This document shows, piece after piece, positions 1-14,653 of a stretch of DNA of 64,000 nucleotides. The notes beneath the pieces were generated by a model that was not told the origin of the DNA, did not search any database, and saw only the letters and a program-made list of their open reading frames with translations. This stretch comes from Chrysomallon squamiferum (Eukaryota; Animalia; Mollusca): assembly GCA_012295275.1 (NCBI GenBank), contig CM022671.1:1302001-1366000 (forward strand), in the 5' to 3' direction. The position numbers were made by a program, and so were the translations under genes. Position 1 is the stretch's first letter. Every line of letters begins with the position of its first letter.

Positions 1-609
1 AATTACTGACATTTAGATTTCAGTGACAACTAAAATGAAGATTGACACATTAATCTTTTGCTGAGAAAAAGGAAAAGAAAAGAAAAAAAAAAGGTGGTTT
101 ATAATATAATTCATGACAACGGCTAATTTGAAAAAGATAATTGTTATAGTTTTTGGTTGTTTTGTTTTTTAAACCAGCTTTGGGATATAAATTTTAAAAA
201 AAATGTTCAAAACTGTGATCAATACAGTAAAAGAACATGTAAGAAGAGCACCAGCTATAAAATGAACGTATATTGAGTATCTCTCCCTGACCCTCTCTTT
301 GTAGATATTTTTAACCATATAACTTTATTTTAAAAACTTTCAAAACACTTATAATTTTGTAATCTGAAGTTTTGATGAAACAGATAGAATATGAATATTT
401 TATTATAAATAGATTTCAGTCAACAGTTATGAGTATTTTTTTTTACTTGTTGTGTCACAATCAATGTATAAAATATGTGTGCTTATTAACTGAATAATAT
501 TAAAATTAAACCATATTTATCATGCAGTTTTTTCTCTTTAAATTTAAGATGCCCTAGAAAGTAATAGTTTAAAAACAGTAATACTGCTCATCTTCACATT
601 CTTATACTC

Positions 610-644
<35 letters not shown>

Positions 645-2000
645 GTTATTATTATTATTAAATTAAGGAATGGTTATACAAAATTACTAATAGGGGAATG
701 CCAAATAATTGGAAAATGTTATATGATTCGACCAAATATAGCTAGGAAATGATCATTTTGGGGTACTTATACCTTGTGTTCTGGAGTTTTGGGGCACAAT
801 TATTGCAGAAACAAACAAACAAAATATCAGCTATAATTTGTTTAACGAGAGTTAGATTCAAATAAAACTATAGCAGTATCGTCATCAAAGTTTTTTTTAT
901 GTGCCATATAAAGACTGAAACTGACAAGGTGTTTTTGTTTTTTTCAGAAACATACAATATTAAAAAATTACATTTGGCACGCGACTGTAGTGACACAAGT
1001 AATGGAACACCCTTCAAAATACTGCCAAAAGTCTGAAAACTATTAAATCGTAATCGTTGGTATAAATATTAAATAAAACACGAAAACATTTACCAAACCA
1101 ATAAATTTAACTATACTTACAAGAAAAATGTAAACAAAATAAATCTATTTTTTTTAAAATATAACAATTTTCTCAATATTGAGCGTCTTCGAAAGATTCT
1201 TGCGAAGAACGACAACTCATTTATACTTCCATCACATACAAGGAAGAGCCAAATCAAAATCATTTATTTATTCAAACAATTATTAAAAATAAAAATAAAA
1301 ATAAAAACGTTATTATTATTTATTTAATTTTTTATGCTGATATCAAAAGTTTTACACGGAATGTTTACCGTTCCAGGGCCTATTTGGGTATTAAGAATAA
1401 TGAAAGTATGCTTCCTAGCTTTCAAATCATATATTATTTATAGACGATAAAAACTAAACCCTCTCCAAAAACAAATAAAACAAACAAAACATCAAACTAA
1501 ACAAAGGAAAAAAAATAAAGAAAGAAATAAAGAAAAAAGAAAAAGAAAAAACTGCCACTACAGTAAATACAAATAGTATCATTAAGGAATTGTTGTACAC
1601 AATAGTTATAATAAGGGAATGTCAAATAATAAATAAATGACTAAACGGACAACAACAAATTGAATAACAATAATAATTATAATTTCTATTTTTAATTTAA
1701 AAAATAAACTGAAGCGATCTGAAAAACTGTAAAAGAAAGGAAAACTGGAAAATATTTTTTTGATGATGAAGAAATGTAAATGTATGTAACGCATCTTAAA
1801 CATATGCAGATAATTACATGAATCATGTAAGCTATATTTGCAGAGAGGCTGTTATTAAATAAAAACAAAAATTTGAAAAGTTCAGTTTAATTACATTATT
1901 TTGCATTATCGGAATTTGAAAATTTTGAAATTGGTCATACTTCATCATGATTTACCAAAACAAATATTCTGTTTATGAGTGTGTTTGTTTGTTTGTCTGT

Positions 2001-2035
<35 letters not shown>

Positions 2036-2369
2036 CAAATTCATATTATTCCTTCATCTTGCATTGAATTCTTAATACAGTGTAATTAAATTAAAATAAA
2101 ATTTCATATCTATTAAATGATATGTTTTGCTGCAGCTAAGATATAAAAAGATATACTTTTATGTATATCCATGTGAATGTGTTTCTGTAAATATTTTTTT
2201 CGTTTTGTTTGTTTTTTGTTTAAGAAATCCATCTGAAATTATAGTTTTATCATATAAAAAAAAAAAAAAAAAAAAAAGAATGCTCAATAATAGCTGGAGT
2301 AATATATTTGAAAGCATAGACGTGCTCAGTCATGGGGAAGAGGGCAGTGTGAATATTAAATATATACAC

Positions 2370-2374
<5 letters not shown>

Positions 2375-2464
<90 letters not shown>
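2375..2464. repeat. (GA)n microsatellite
   Basis: About 45 GA units. Similar tracts at 9766-9829, 10870-10931 (CT) and 37872-37943. Confidence 0.95.
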
Positions 2465-2467
<3 letters not shown>

Positions 2468-2886
2468 CACAACCACAGTTTCGTATACTGTCGACATGAG
2501 AAAAGAAATCCGTGTGATCACTTCATGGACTACTCTTACTAAACAGCAAGAAAAGATGTCGTGTCAGTACCTACCTAGTCAGAAAATAGTAATCTTTGAT
2601 ATTGTTAGCGAACATCAATGGTTGCACCTGGAAAGTAATAAAACGAGAATACCCAGGACTGATCCGGCGATCCATTATATATCACATCACTGAATTACTG
2701 CAAGACATCTTAAAAGAAGTAAAAATATTAAAAGTTAGATAACTGAAACACAAACACAAAAGTAAAAAAAAAATATAAAACAAACAAACAAACAAAACAA
2801 AACAAAAAACAACAAAATCCCCAAAACAACAATAAAAATAATAATTAAAAAAAAAAAAAAAAATTAATGATGATAAAATAAATCAA

Positions 2887-2923
<37 letters not shown>

Positions 2924-3217
2924 ACTTATGTAAAATAAAATAAATAATAATAAAAATAGAATAATGCACACACGGATATCCAGACTCCCCCAACCAAAAA
3001 AAAAAAAAAAAAAAAAAAAATTAAATAACCACAAGAACTCAAGAGCAAAAAAAACCTCAACAAAACAACAACATCAAACAAACATATCGACAAGACTCAA
3101 ACATTTTTTTCCTTTTGCCTTATCAGGAATGTATTAGTATCATAGAAACCGGAACTCGCTAACAATAATAAACTTCCTAGTCTAGCCGTCTGCTGGTAAA
3201 GAGGACATTCAATTTCG

Positions 3218-3511
3218 ATGGCTAAGCAGACGACACTTTCGAAGAAAGATTCACTAAAATCTGGTTAGTATCTTTTATGTTATCTAACATGATTTTATTT
3301 GCTTAATTTTGTTGATTTAGTTTAGTTTTAATGTTTTTGACTATTGACGACTCAATAATAATATTTATATTGAAATCATTTAAAAATAATCTGTTTCTTT
3401 CTCTGCTGATAATATTTTAAATTCTCGTATATTTAAAAATGGTAAAATATGTACATGCCGGACGCATATGTATGTTTATATATAAGCAAGCAAAATGCAC
3501 ATTCAAACGAA

Positions 3512-3542
<31 letters not shown>

Positions 3543-6500
3543 GCACCCACACACACATTCACATGTACATCTGTAAATATATACATTTAGTTACGACATA
3601 AACAACCCAATATTCATAGTTTCTACAATAGGAAACGTCATTATAAATTAAAAAAAACAACAACAAACAAACAAAAAAAAGACAATAAAAAACTAAACTA
3701 AACTAAACAAAAACAAACAATAAAAAGCAATTAACTATATATGTATTGTACACATACGCACATACGCACATACGCGCGTGCGCACGCACACACACGCACA
3801 CACACACACACACACATACAAAGATCCCCATATGTACATATAACTTCAGATATAAAATAACATACATATATACAAAAACTGTTACACTGTATGGTTTACT
3901 CAAAGTATTTGGAACCTTCATCCGTGTTACAAATTTTCCTGTCACATAATGGTTTATTAAACGATAAGGAAAAACTCTTGCAATCTGACATTTCTTAATA
4001 AATGTTTATAATAAAACACTGATATTCAGGATGTAAAATTAGTAGTAAACAGAAGTACAAAAGGGATAATCAAACATTTAACAATGAAATGCTCAGTGAA
4101 AACGTATAACGGATACCGCGTCTGTGACTAATTATAGAAATACAGTTTGATATATGTAACATTTATTCCTGGTCTGATGGAACGAAAACGACAGAGTATT
4201 TGCGTGGCTTGTCCCAGTCTATACAAGTGATAATTTGGAAAATAACTGTATATGAGAACGTACTTAATATTATAATTTATATGTCTGATTTTAAAAGACT
4301 TACTTTAGAAGACTCATTTTAGAAGAAAAGCGACTGGGAAAATAATTTAACGAATCAATAAAGAATGAGAATAGAGCCAAAGTAGGAATATTATAATAAT
4401 AATGAACAAAAAATAAAATACAAAAATAAAAAATAAGTAAAATAATAATAGTGATAAAAAAATATAATAAAAAGATAAATTAAAAACATATAAATAAGTA
4501 AATAAAGAAAGAAAAATTAAGAAAAAAAGTAATAAAATAAAGTTAAAAATAAAAATAAAAATTTAAAAGCTTCATTATTTTATGTCAAATATCACGTAGG
4601 TATCACGAAGAATTTTTTTAAAATCGAAAACATCTAAAAGGGTAAAAGAGCATTACATTATTTAATTATTTTTTATTTTCCAAGTTAATTTGCTTTATGT
4701 TAGCATTTAATGTCATATTACGTTTATCCTTAAGCATCAACATATTGTTCACATGATATTATCAGGTTATTCAGGATGTATTTTTACATTTTCCCACGTA
4801 TTTTACACTTTATCTAGACGTATTTTAACATTTTTCTCTGTACAGTATGTAATTAGTTCTGAAGAATGTTAAAAAACCAACAACTAACCATAAAAAGCCT
4901 CCAAAACCCCAGCAAAGCAAAAAACGTGTTTTTACAGTTAACTTGCTTGGGTTTTTTACCATTTTTCACAATGTTTTTATAATTACTCGGTTTACAAATA
5001 AATCTTTTTTCTGTTTGTACAGAAGTGGATTTTGTTGTGTATTACGCACACGATGGCAAACCGCTGGCAGATTACATCAAACAGCGTTTTAGTGACAAAA
5101 AACTTCAGTGTAGTGTCGACACCAAAGATTTTGGCACTGCCTGCAAGTCCAACACTCGAATCTCTGACTCCAAGGTTGCCAAGGTAACCGTACTTATTGT
5201 TTCACCAATCATGATCTCGGTCATGCCGCAGATGAAGCCGTTTGTCAAAGATCTCTTTCCCATTCCGGATTTATCGGTGGCCATTTGCATTCACACAGAG
5301 TTAGAAAAAGTCACCAGTTTACTGTCTGGCGTTGTCGAACAGTTTGAAGAGTGGACGAAATGTCTGATAGAAGACAGCAGAGCCTCATTTCGGAATTGTC
5401 TGGTGACGCTGATGACGTTGTTGGAAGACTGCGATACGGAACCATTGCCAACAATGAAATTGTTTCATCTCGTTCCTTCCACTGTTAACTCAGTGAGTGC
5501 GGTATTTATAATATATAAAAGTATTTATTTATTTATTCTTTTCCTTCTAATTCTGGATACACAAACACACATGTGTATTTTTATTAAATAATATTGGTAA
5601 CCTATAAACATGAAACTTGAACGTTATGTGCTAAATCTCTAAAACTATCATTTAAAAAAAAAAAAAAATAAATAAATAAAAAGGTAAGAAAGAAAGACAG
5701 AAAAAAAAGGAAATCAAATACCAATGATTATGTGAGTATTCTATAAATTTTAATAACTATTTTCTTTTATTGTACATACCATTTTAAATTCGAAACGTTG
5801 TCAGTTTGTAATTGCAAGTGTTTTCTGATAAGAAAATATTTGTTTTTATATAAATATTTATATACTGTGGTTTATTCATATTTATTCCAACACTTGTATT
5901 TATAACAGCTGTTCAGTAAAAGTGATTTATGCACATAGGGAAAACTTGAGATGACTCTCCCACCCAGGATAAACAACTCCACCCCACTCGTTCTCATACA
6001 ACCATACAAAATAACACACATTCTCCCTCTGTCACAAACACACACACAGACACAAACACGTACACACACATCTTCACTAAATGAAATTTACTGCTTTTAT
6101 AAATAAAAAGGACATTAAGGACTCATTAATTGTAAATATGGATAGGTTTAATAAAACAAATTAAAAAAGAAGGACAAAAATAATGATAGTCTAATCACTA
6201 GGCCCCTATAATTATATTTTTTCAGAATACAGAAAAAATTCACATCATATTTACCAAGAAAATCGACGGACAAGTGGAAGTGCGGTACTGTGATCACGTG
6301 ATGTCAGTTATAGTCTATAATCCCTACACTGCAATCTTTTCTCCTCCAGGTATGTGACACTATCTCTCTCTCACGCATGTTAATTCATTCGTCTGCACTC
6401 ACTAAAGGAAAGTAAATTAAAGTACTCAAAAAAAAAAAAAAAAATAATAAAATAAAAATAAATAAATAAAATAATAATGATAATAATAAATTTAAAAAAA

Positions 6501-7512
6501 ACAATAATAAAATAAATAAATAAATAAATAAATAAGTAAATATTTAAATGAATAAATAAACAAAATGATAACCATAAAGATGATGTTTGTGGTAAAGATA
6601 ATGTTGATGACAAGGCTGTAAAAATATTTTTAAAATCTTCCTGTAATAGTGTAACGTTAACAAAGTAACCGCCTATAATATTATTATTTTATTTCATATA
6701 CTTCCAAGTTCTATTTATACTGGATAAAAACCCTTTTTCTAATAATAAAATAAGACCACGAAACTGTTGGGATGTATAATGTATAATGTCTCTATTATAG
6801 TCACTTCATTTTATATTATTATAGAGAAATGATTTACTTAGAGTATAAGTTATGGTCGGCTTATCGGTTTTTCTTTATCTTTCTATGTAACAATCATCAG
6901 CTCCTGTTAAATGTATATTTGTATGTACGTATTTAATGTTTATTGTTGTTATTATTATTATTATTAAACGCACAACCAGTTTTTAGTTCAGAACCTGATA
7001 CTGTATTTTATATAATAAAGTACTTCACGAAATACCATGACATCGTTTAACACAGTTTTAAACATAAACGTTCGTTTTCACCAGATAAACCGGTACAGTC
7101 TGCTGACGTTGAAGTGACGATAGACGGAGTTTCCATTGGAAAAGAGACATTGTTTTTCCTGTCGAAAAAGGACGAGGTGACCCAGTTAATTCACGACATT
7201 ATAAATCCGCTGGAGTTTTTATCGGAGACGCTTTTCTCAGAGAAAGTTCAGCCCGAAGATCTGGATGCAAAACTAGCTAAAGCATTTGAGGACGATATTC
7301 AAACAAAATTAATAGATGTCTTCCGCCAAGTGGAAAATATTAAACTGGGTTAAGTATTTATTATATTGCCTATAGATTTAGCGAACTGGAAAAAAAAAAA
7401 AAAAAAAAAAAGAAGATAAATAAATAAAAAATAAATAAATAAATATAAATAAATAATTTATAATAATAAAAAAAAAAAAAAAAAAATTAAAATTAAAATG
7501 TAATAAAAAATA

Positions 7513-7544
<32 letters not shown>

Positions 7545-8347
7545 AAAAATAAATTAAAAATCCCACGCACATTTACACACAAATAAATGCGTAGATACAA
7601 TGTTTATATAAGAGAGAAAATGAAACGGGGGGGAGAAGAAGAAAAATGTTATACCGACAATGACAAGCGAAGCGGAGAATTACGAAACACAACGACATAT
7701 ATACAATAAAAATAGATTTCACATATAATAATAATAATAATAATAACAACAACAACTACTACTACTACAACAACAGTCATAATAAATGAACTATTTTTAC
7801 AGATGACTACGTCATACAGCAAGATCAGCCGACACTTCTCCATTTCGCGGCGAAACTCGATTTACGGAAACTGACGTCAGCGCTTTTGAAACTACCCGGC
7901 GCCAACCACGCCTCTTTCATGCTAAACTCAGTGGGGTGGTCAGCGGAGGACATAGCACGAATGAACGGCCACACCCAGCTAGCGGACATGATACGAGTGT
8001 GTTGAAAGAATAAGATGTTTATTTGACGGTACAACAGGCAGTTGAATAGGAATGATTATTAGGCAGTGGAGCATTATTATCATTAAAAAAAAAAAAAAAA
8101 AAAAAAAAATAAAATAATAATAATGATGGAAAGAATATACATATCTATCAGTGATTACGTGGCTACTATTGTCGATTAGCAGCGATTATTCTTTTATTTG
8201 TACTTTCCCACGAACTCGAAGCTCATTGGTTAAAAAAAAGGCAATCTGTCTAACAGGAAATAATGTAAAGTTTCACTTATCAAGACTTACTGTGAACAGT
8301 ACATATATGAATGTATGTATGTATGTACGTTTATACACACACACACA

Positions 8348-8384
<37 letters not shown>

Positions 8385-9035
8385 CATAACCAAATCATTT
8401 GTTTACAATAAACACTTAATTGAATTAATATATTTTTATTTTAGACTTTTAAAGAAAAACATATCAAGAATCCTCCAGGTACAATCTTATTTCTTAGATT
8501 TAAACTCTTTCATAAAAAATATATGTTTTCTTTTTCATTCTCAATAAAAGTAATATTAGTGTGAATAGTTTTGTTGTGGTTGTGGTGGTTAAAGTGTTGG
8601 TGTGAGTTTTACTAATAGTAGAAACTGAAGTAGTGGTTGTAGTAGTACTAGCTGTTGTAGCAGTAGCAGTAGTAACAGTAATAGTTTCAGTCGCATTTTT
8701 TGTTTTGTTAATGTTACAAAGAACAAAAAGCAAAGGATCAAATGCTTAATCTCACTTATAACAACGACATTTTAAAACTGTTTTTTAACTTCTTTTTTTT
8801 TTCTTCTGTTTTTCTTAATATATTTTTCTGTCGTAATTTCCTAAATATGTTTTCTGATTTTTACTTAAAATTCAAAACTATTTCTCTTTTGTACAGAAAA
8901 AGACCCGGCTTACGTGGACATGAAGCAAACAATTCGTAGTGAGTTGCCATTATATTATTATTATTATCATTATTATTATTATTACTATTATCATCATCAT
9001 CATCATCGTTATTATTATTATTACTATCATCATCA

Positions 9036-9072
<37 letters not shown>

Positions 9073-9762
9073 CATCATCATCGTTATTATTATTATTATT
9101 ATTATTATCATCATCATCATCATCATTATTACTATTATTATTATTAGTACTATCATCATCATCATCATCATCATTATTATTATTATCTGTATTCACAGCT
9201 GCATGAAAGAATAATCATAATAATAATAAGAAAAAAAAAAAAAAAAAAAGAATAAAATCGCAACCTTTATAAAGCAGAATAAATCATAATAATTTGCTTT
9301 CAGTGTCAAGGAGCGGTTCGAACCCGGCGACTCCCGTGTGTCCGCCAATACCACAAACACCCCGACCACAAACTGACCCAAGCGTCTTGAAAGTAGGTTA
9401 TACGTTCCTGCACAGTTGTTTTAAAAGTTGTTTTGTTTTTTCGTTCTTTTTCTTTTTAGTATTTTCTCATGAAATTAGAACTTTTGGATTCATTGTTAGC
9501 TACATAGGCCTATTCTCGTTCAGTTGGATACAGGTAGAAATATCCACAAATGTTCAATGTATAATGACCATTAGATCGACGTAATTGTCACACAAACATA
9601 CAGACCCTTACATGCATAAAAGTATGTTTTGTAAAAAGGTTCCTACAATGAAAAGATTATCAAGGGCATTACCAAGAATATTTTCTTTGTTATATATAAA
9701 CCTCGAATGATATGTCTTTCGCACATATATATATTAACTTACACAAATACTCACAGACAGCG

Positions 9763-9835
<73 letters not shown>

Positions 9836-10865
9836 TAGAGATAATACTACGTCTATCACTGCAGACGTCTGCAAATAACAGAACGACTTCAGGAGATGTG
9901 TTTGGAGACCTTACAGCTTTTCACCGACAACTACCCGTCGACAACAGCTCCATTCTTCGAGGTAAATAAACTAATTAAAGATAATCATTCGGTATAAATA
10001 TAAATGTATACTACTACTACTGCTGCTGCTGCTACTACTACTACTGCTACTACTACTACTACTACTAATAATAAAGATGATGATGATGATAACAATGATA
10101 CTATTGATGATAATGGTGGTGGTCGTGATCTTAATTATAATAACCATCCTAATCTAGTTTATTAAAAAAATGTGTTAATAATAAAAACGATAAATAAATA
10201 AATAATAATAATAATAACAACAACAAAACTACGACAACGATAGCGACAACAGCAAATCTATATTATTTTAAAAAATTAGATATTCAACAGTTGAACAGTT
10301 TTAGTGAGAATGATAATAGTAATAGCAGCAGTAGTAGTACTAGTAGTAGTAGTAGTTGCAGCAGCAGCAGTAGTAGTAGCAGCAGCAGCAGCAGCTGTAG
10401 TAGTTGTTCTAGTTACTTATAATATAAATAGAAATAACAAGAGCAGAAGTTGTAGCAAAAGAAATGGTAATAATAGTGATAGTAATAGTAATTGTTGTTG
10501 CTTTACTAGCTATAACAGTAATAATAGTGATAGTAATAGTAATTGTTGTTGCTTTACTAGCTATAACAGTAATAATAGTGATAGTAATAGTAACAGTAAT
10601 AATAGTTGTAGTACAACAGTGGCAGTAGATTACGGGTTTTTGACAACATTTATTTCAGACGATTTGGAAAGAAAATCTTTTCGTCGCCATAGATCAACAA
10701 GAGAGGTGGGTTTTCTTTTATTTATTTTTATTTGAATGTAACAGCAAACAGGCGAAGTTTGAAATTTGTGTTACATTACAGTGCAATGACTTCCGTCACG
10801 TGCTTGACCAACAAGCACAATACATCGTTTATTTAATTGCATATGCTTAAATTATTATGACATTT

Positions 10866-10935
<70 letters not shown>

Positions 10936-11410
10936 AATGTCACAAATGGTCTTCATTACATTAAGATGACGTCCCATCTCATTTTCCGCATGCCATTGTG
11001 TATAATGCAGTTTAAATTAGTTAAGCGTACACGTTACAGACTGAAGTTATAAAACTAAATAATGAAAGAGTTATCATTAATTTCAGCAAAAGCGTTCAGA
11101 TCGAGTCACGTTACTTATACAAGATCCACTGGTCGCTGGGTCACGTTCTGATGGAAAACCAGTTCCTTCTCGCCCGGAGCGAGAATACGCGACAATTGAC
11201 GAGATCTTGGAAGATCTGCAGACGTATTCAGCGATAGCGGAAGAAAACAGCACTGTATCACGTTCAACTGCAGAGCTGCGCTCAGTGACGTCATCAGTTC
11301 TTCATGTTGAAAGGAAAACGAAACCAGAACCGCCATTAAAACGACATGGCCTCGTAGAAACTCAGAAAAGCATATATGATATTCCAAAACCTATTCTTAG
11401 GAGAAAATAA
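3218..11410 (+). CDS. BCAP/PIK3AP1-BANK1-Dof family signalling adaptor (TIR-like + DBB + ankyrin + Tyr motifs), 11 coding exons, ~576 aa
   Basis: Exons 3218-3263, 5023-5492, 6226-6349, 7085-7348, 7803-7996, 8445-8478, 8897-8938, 9304-9392, 9865-9961, 10659-10705, 11087-11410. All introns are GT-AG with matching phases, giving 1731 nt with no internal stop. Motifs: TIR-like N-terminus VDFVVYYAHDGKPLADYI, DBB-type YNPYTAIFSPP and INPLEFLSETL, BCAP-type ankyrin PTLLHFAAKLDLRKLTSALLKLPGA, and YVDM (YxxM), YATI and YDIP. Confidence 0.85.
8948..9186. repeat. Compound (TAT/CAT)n trinucleotide microsatellite in an adaptor-gene intron
   Basis: Read directly from the sequence; it is the source of the poly-I/Y/H/N/D ORFs. 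Confidence 0.95.
10468..10590. repeat. 51-bp tandem duplication in an intronic TAG/CAG-rich tract
   Basis: TAATAGTGATAGTAATAGTAATTGTTGTTGCTTTACTAGCTATAACAGTAA occurs twice, followed by a partial third copy. Confidence 0.85.
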
Positions 11411-12429
11411 AGAAAAATTAGTCTTCATTTAAGAAACAAAAATGATACATTTGCCATGAAGGTTGTTGATGTTTAAAGCAATAATACATGATTATATTAA
11501 TAATGAAGAAAGCAAAACAAAGCAAGCAAAGGAAATAATAATTTAAAAACAACAACAACAATAACCATGCACCAACGAAAGGAAAACATTGTTTCATAGA
11601 AATTAGATGACATTCCTGTACACAATTTCCAAATAAAAAATTATTTTCTAATCAGTAGTAAACATACCATTTGTGTATTAAAAAGAATAGAGTTTTAAAT
11701 GAAACATTTGTATATTGCTTTTGTATTTTTAATTTTATTTTATTTTCACGAATAATATTGTTTTCTAATATATCATTTGCTGTGACAGTTAATTGTTCCT
11801 GCCCCAGTCCTATACCACTAACAATAATAAAAATTTACGAAAAGAAATTTTATGTAATTATGTCGGAAACCTGTCCTAGTACAAATTTCATTAACTGAAT
11901 AAATTTTATTACAAAGAAAATGTTGTTTGTTTGACTAAGTTAATGGATGATTATGTCAGAACAGTTAATTATTCAGAACATAATGGAAAATAGCAAATTT
12001 AATAATAAATTATCAGCTACGGAAATTGAAAATAATAACACAGAACTTAAATTTCAATCATTTTATTTCTTATTTCTTAAAAACAATAAATACATAGTTA
12101 TTTAATTTCATAACATAATTTAGTCAATAATATTTGTATTTAATGCACCAATATAATAGAGAAATCGTAGCTTCTGTATTAAACAAAATACTTTCATTTA
12201 TTTATATATATATATATTACTTACGAAAACAGTAAAACAATTACATTTCAGGTTTTAGAATCTTGAAATCTGACATTAATATTTTTATAGTAATGTAGAA
12301 CGCCACAAAAGTTTATTTATAAACATATAAATAAGGATCATTAATACTATACATTTATTTGTAAGGGAACCATTTAATAAAACTTATAACATATAAATAG
12401 TTGTGAAGCTTTACAAATATAAATAAACA

Positions 12430-12570
12430 CATTAAATAAATAAATAAATAAATAGGGTATTTTCAAACAGATAATTATAGAGCTGTAGTACTGCAAAGCA
12501 ATAATTAAAAAACTCAAAACAAAAAGGGATTAAATAATACTATATTTATAGGCAATGTAGAATACTTAAC
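12430..12570 (+). repeat. Short dispersed repeat, copy 1 (second copy at ~23130-23270)
   Basis: (AAAT)n-AGGG...GTAGTACTGCAAAGCAATAATTA...AAAAAACTCAA...ATTAAATAATAC.ATATTTA is shared with 23130-23270. Confidence 0.7.
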
Positions 12571-12571
12571 A

Positions 12572-12623
<52 letters not shown>

Positions 12624-12893
12624 TTTCTGTTGTTAATGATTTTGTTGTAAATCTTTTGAGTTCTTATATATAACACTATCAGTTACTGTACATATAAAAA
12701 ACAAAAAAGTAATATAATTTTACAATTCCATATTACTGTTTTGTTAGTGGAGGATAATCTTAGCTAATAACAAAGTTTAGTAGTAAAGTATCAGGCGGGA
12801 GAAAAGATATGTAGAAAGACTGTTACTTTCCCTTTTGTTCTCTCCTTTCATACATCAGTCGGATGAGGACATTAAAAACAAAAACGTAACTAA

Positions 12894-12942
<49 letters not shown>

Positions 12943-13364
12943 TAAATAAAATAAAATAAAATAAATAGATTCTGACACATTGATATCTCTATACCAATGA
13001 TTTTTTAACGTTTTTATAATCTATAATGTGCATTTACGCTATTTGTTCTTACTGCAAATACCTTTTAATTAAATATGTCATAACTGACGTTTATTCTAGA
13101 ATAATTCTTAGCATATTAGGTTCAATTATTTTGCAAGCATGTTCTTCAGATAGCAGTTTATTAATGTGTAATGGATAAATGCTCTTAGTTACGTACGTGT
13201 TTGTGTCTGTGTTGACACCATCGTAGGCTATGCAGATGTGAATTTTTCCATATAGTGTAAATCTGTAAAAACCTATGCCTATGGATTTGCCTGTCAAGTG
13301 TATGAGTGAAATGTAAATGACCTTTAATATGTGGTCTAATCTTAAACTGATCAAGTCTAAAGCG

Positions 13365-13427
<63 letters not shown>

Positions 13428-13465
13428 CATAATATATAGTAGTATCCACTTGTACTGAAACTGTG

Positions 13466-14616
13466 TTAAAACTTCTGCAGTGTGTACGGGTTAACCGGGC
13501 GAGGAGTTGGCAGCCCAGGAGAGTAATTAGGGATTAGCTGCCGAGGAGGAGCAATGTTCAGGTTGCCAGGAAACGGGAAGAAAGGAACTGGAACGGTAGG
13601 TGGCCGCATCATTCCGTACGTTGTCTGGGGGGTGACAAATAGAGGGTGGATTGCAGGAATCTTGTTTTCCTGGACTCGCTTTCTCCAGCGAGCTCTCTTG
13701 TTCTGGAACCAAACCTGGCACAAAGACATTACAATCCAAATTAAAAACAGACTGACAGGGTACCTATGAACAAACTAATGTACCTGATTTGTATTTGTGA
13801 TGGAGTGACATATGAAAAGAGAAAAGAGAAAAAGAGAAAAGAAAAAAAAAAAGAATGTGAGAGAAATCGTCATACTTTCAGTTAAAACTAAAGACTTCAA
13901 ACAACTACCTGTTTCGTAAGAAAGGCATAATTAATTTCCAGAGAGGCAGGTACAAGAATACACACACAAGACCGACATACATCAATGGATCAATTAAATA
14001 TGTTACCTTCAGCTTTTGTTCTGGGATGTTGAGCGTTTTAGACAATTCCTCCATCACGTCTGATTCAGGGTAAGGATTTTCCATGAAGATTCTTTCCATT
14101 GATCTCACTTGTTCTGGAGTGTAGTTCGTCCTGGATTTCTTCTTCCCCTGGTCTGTGGTTTCTGGACTGGTGACACAGGCCCTGGAACTTTCAGGCACAG
14201 AAGTGTGAGCCTGGCCTCTGGTTTGGCTGTCAGCTGTGGGAGGCTGCTGATTGACGTACGTCTGTTCCAGAGAGTGGGCGGAGACTTGGGGTGGAGGAAG
14301 ACCGTGGACGAGCTGTCTGCGCGAGGATGTCTCACTCGCTACGTGCGAAGGTGTCTGAGTGGGACACGAATCGGACGAAGACGAAAGGTTAGAGTTGTCT
14401 GACGTGGACGCGGGAGACAGGTTTTGGAGAGAAGTCGACCCACTCTGAATTCCACTGGACGGCGTGGATCTGTCGGGTGTCATGTCTCTCTCCAGTGAAC
14501 CGTCTGGAAAAAAAATAAAAATAAATAAAGACTGCTCTGTGAAATGTATGTGAGTGTGTGTGTGTATGTTTGTGTGAGTATGTATATACGTATGGATCGA
14601 TGGATTTGTGTTTGTG

Positions 14617-14653
<37 letters not shown>

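Noticed and set aside
2127-2693. 188-aa ORF with a poly-ER tract
   Set aside because: It is held open by poly-A and (GA)n microsatellites, with no domain or splice support.
8861-9214. Poly-N/D, poly-Y/H and poly-I ORFs
   Set aside because: These are translations of an intronic (TAT/CAT)n tract; only 8897-8938 is a phase-consistent exon.
10304-10658. ORF resembling a signal peptide plus a Cys-rich repeat (NSNCCCFTSY twice)
   Set aside because: It is an intronic trinucleotide tract plus a 51-bp duplication; only 10659-10705 fits the gene model.
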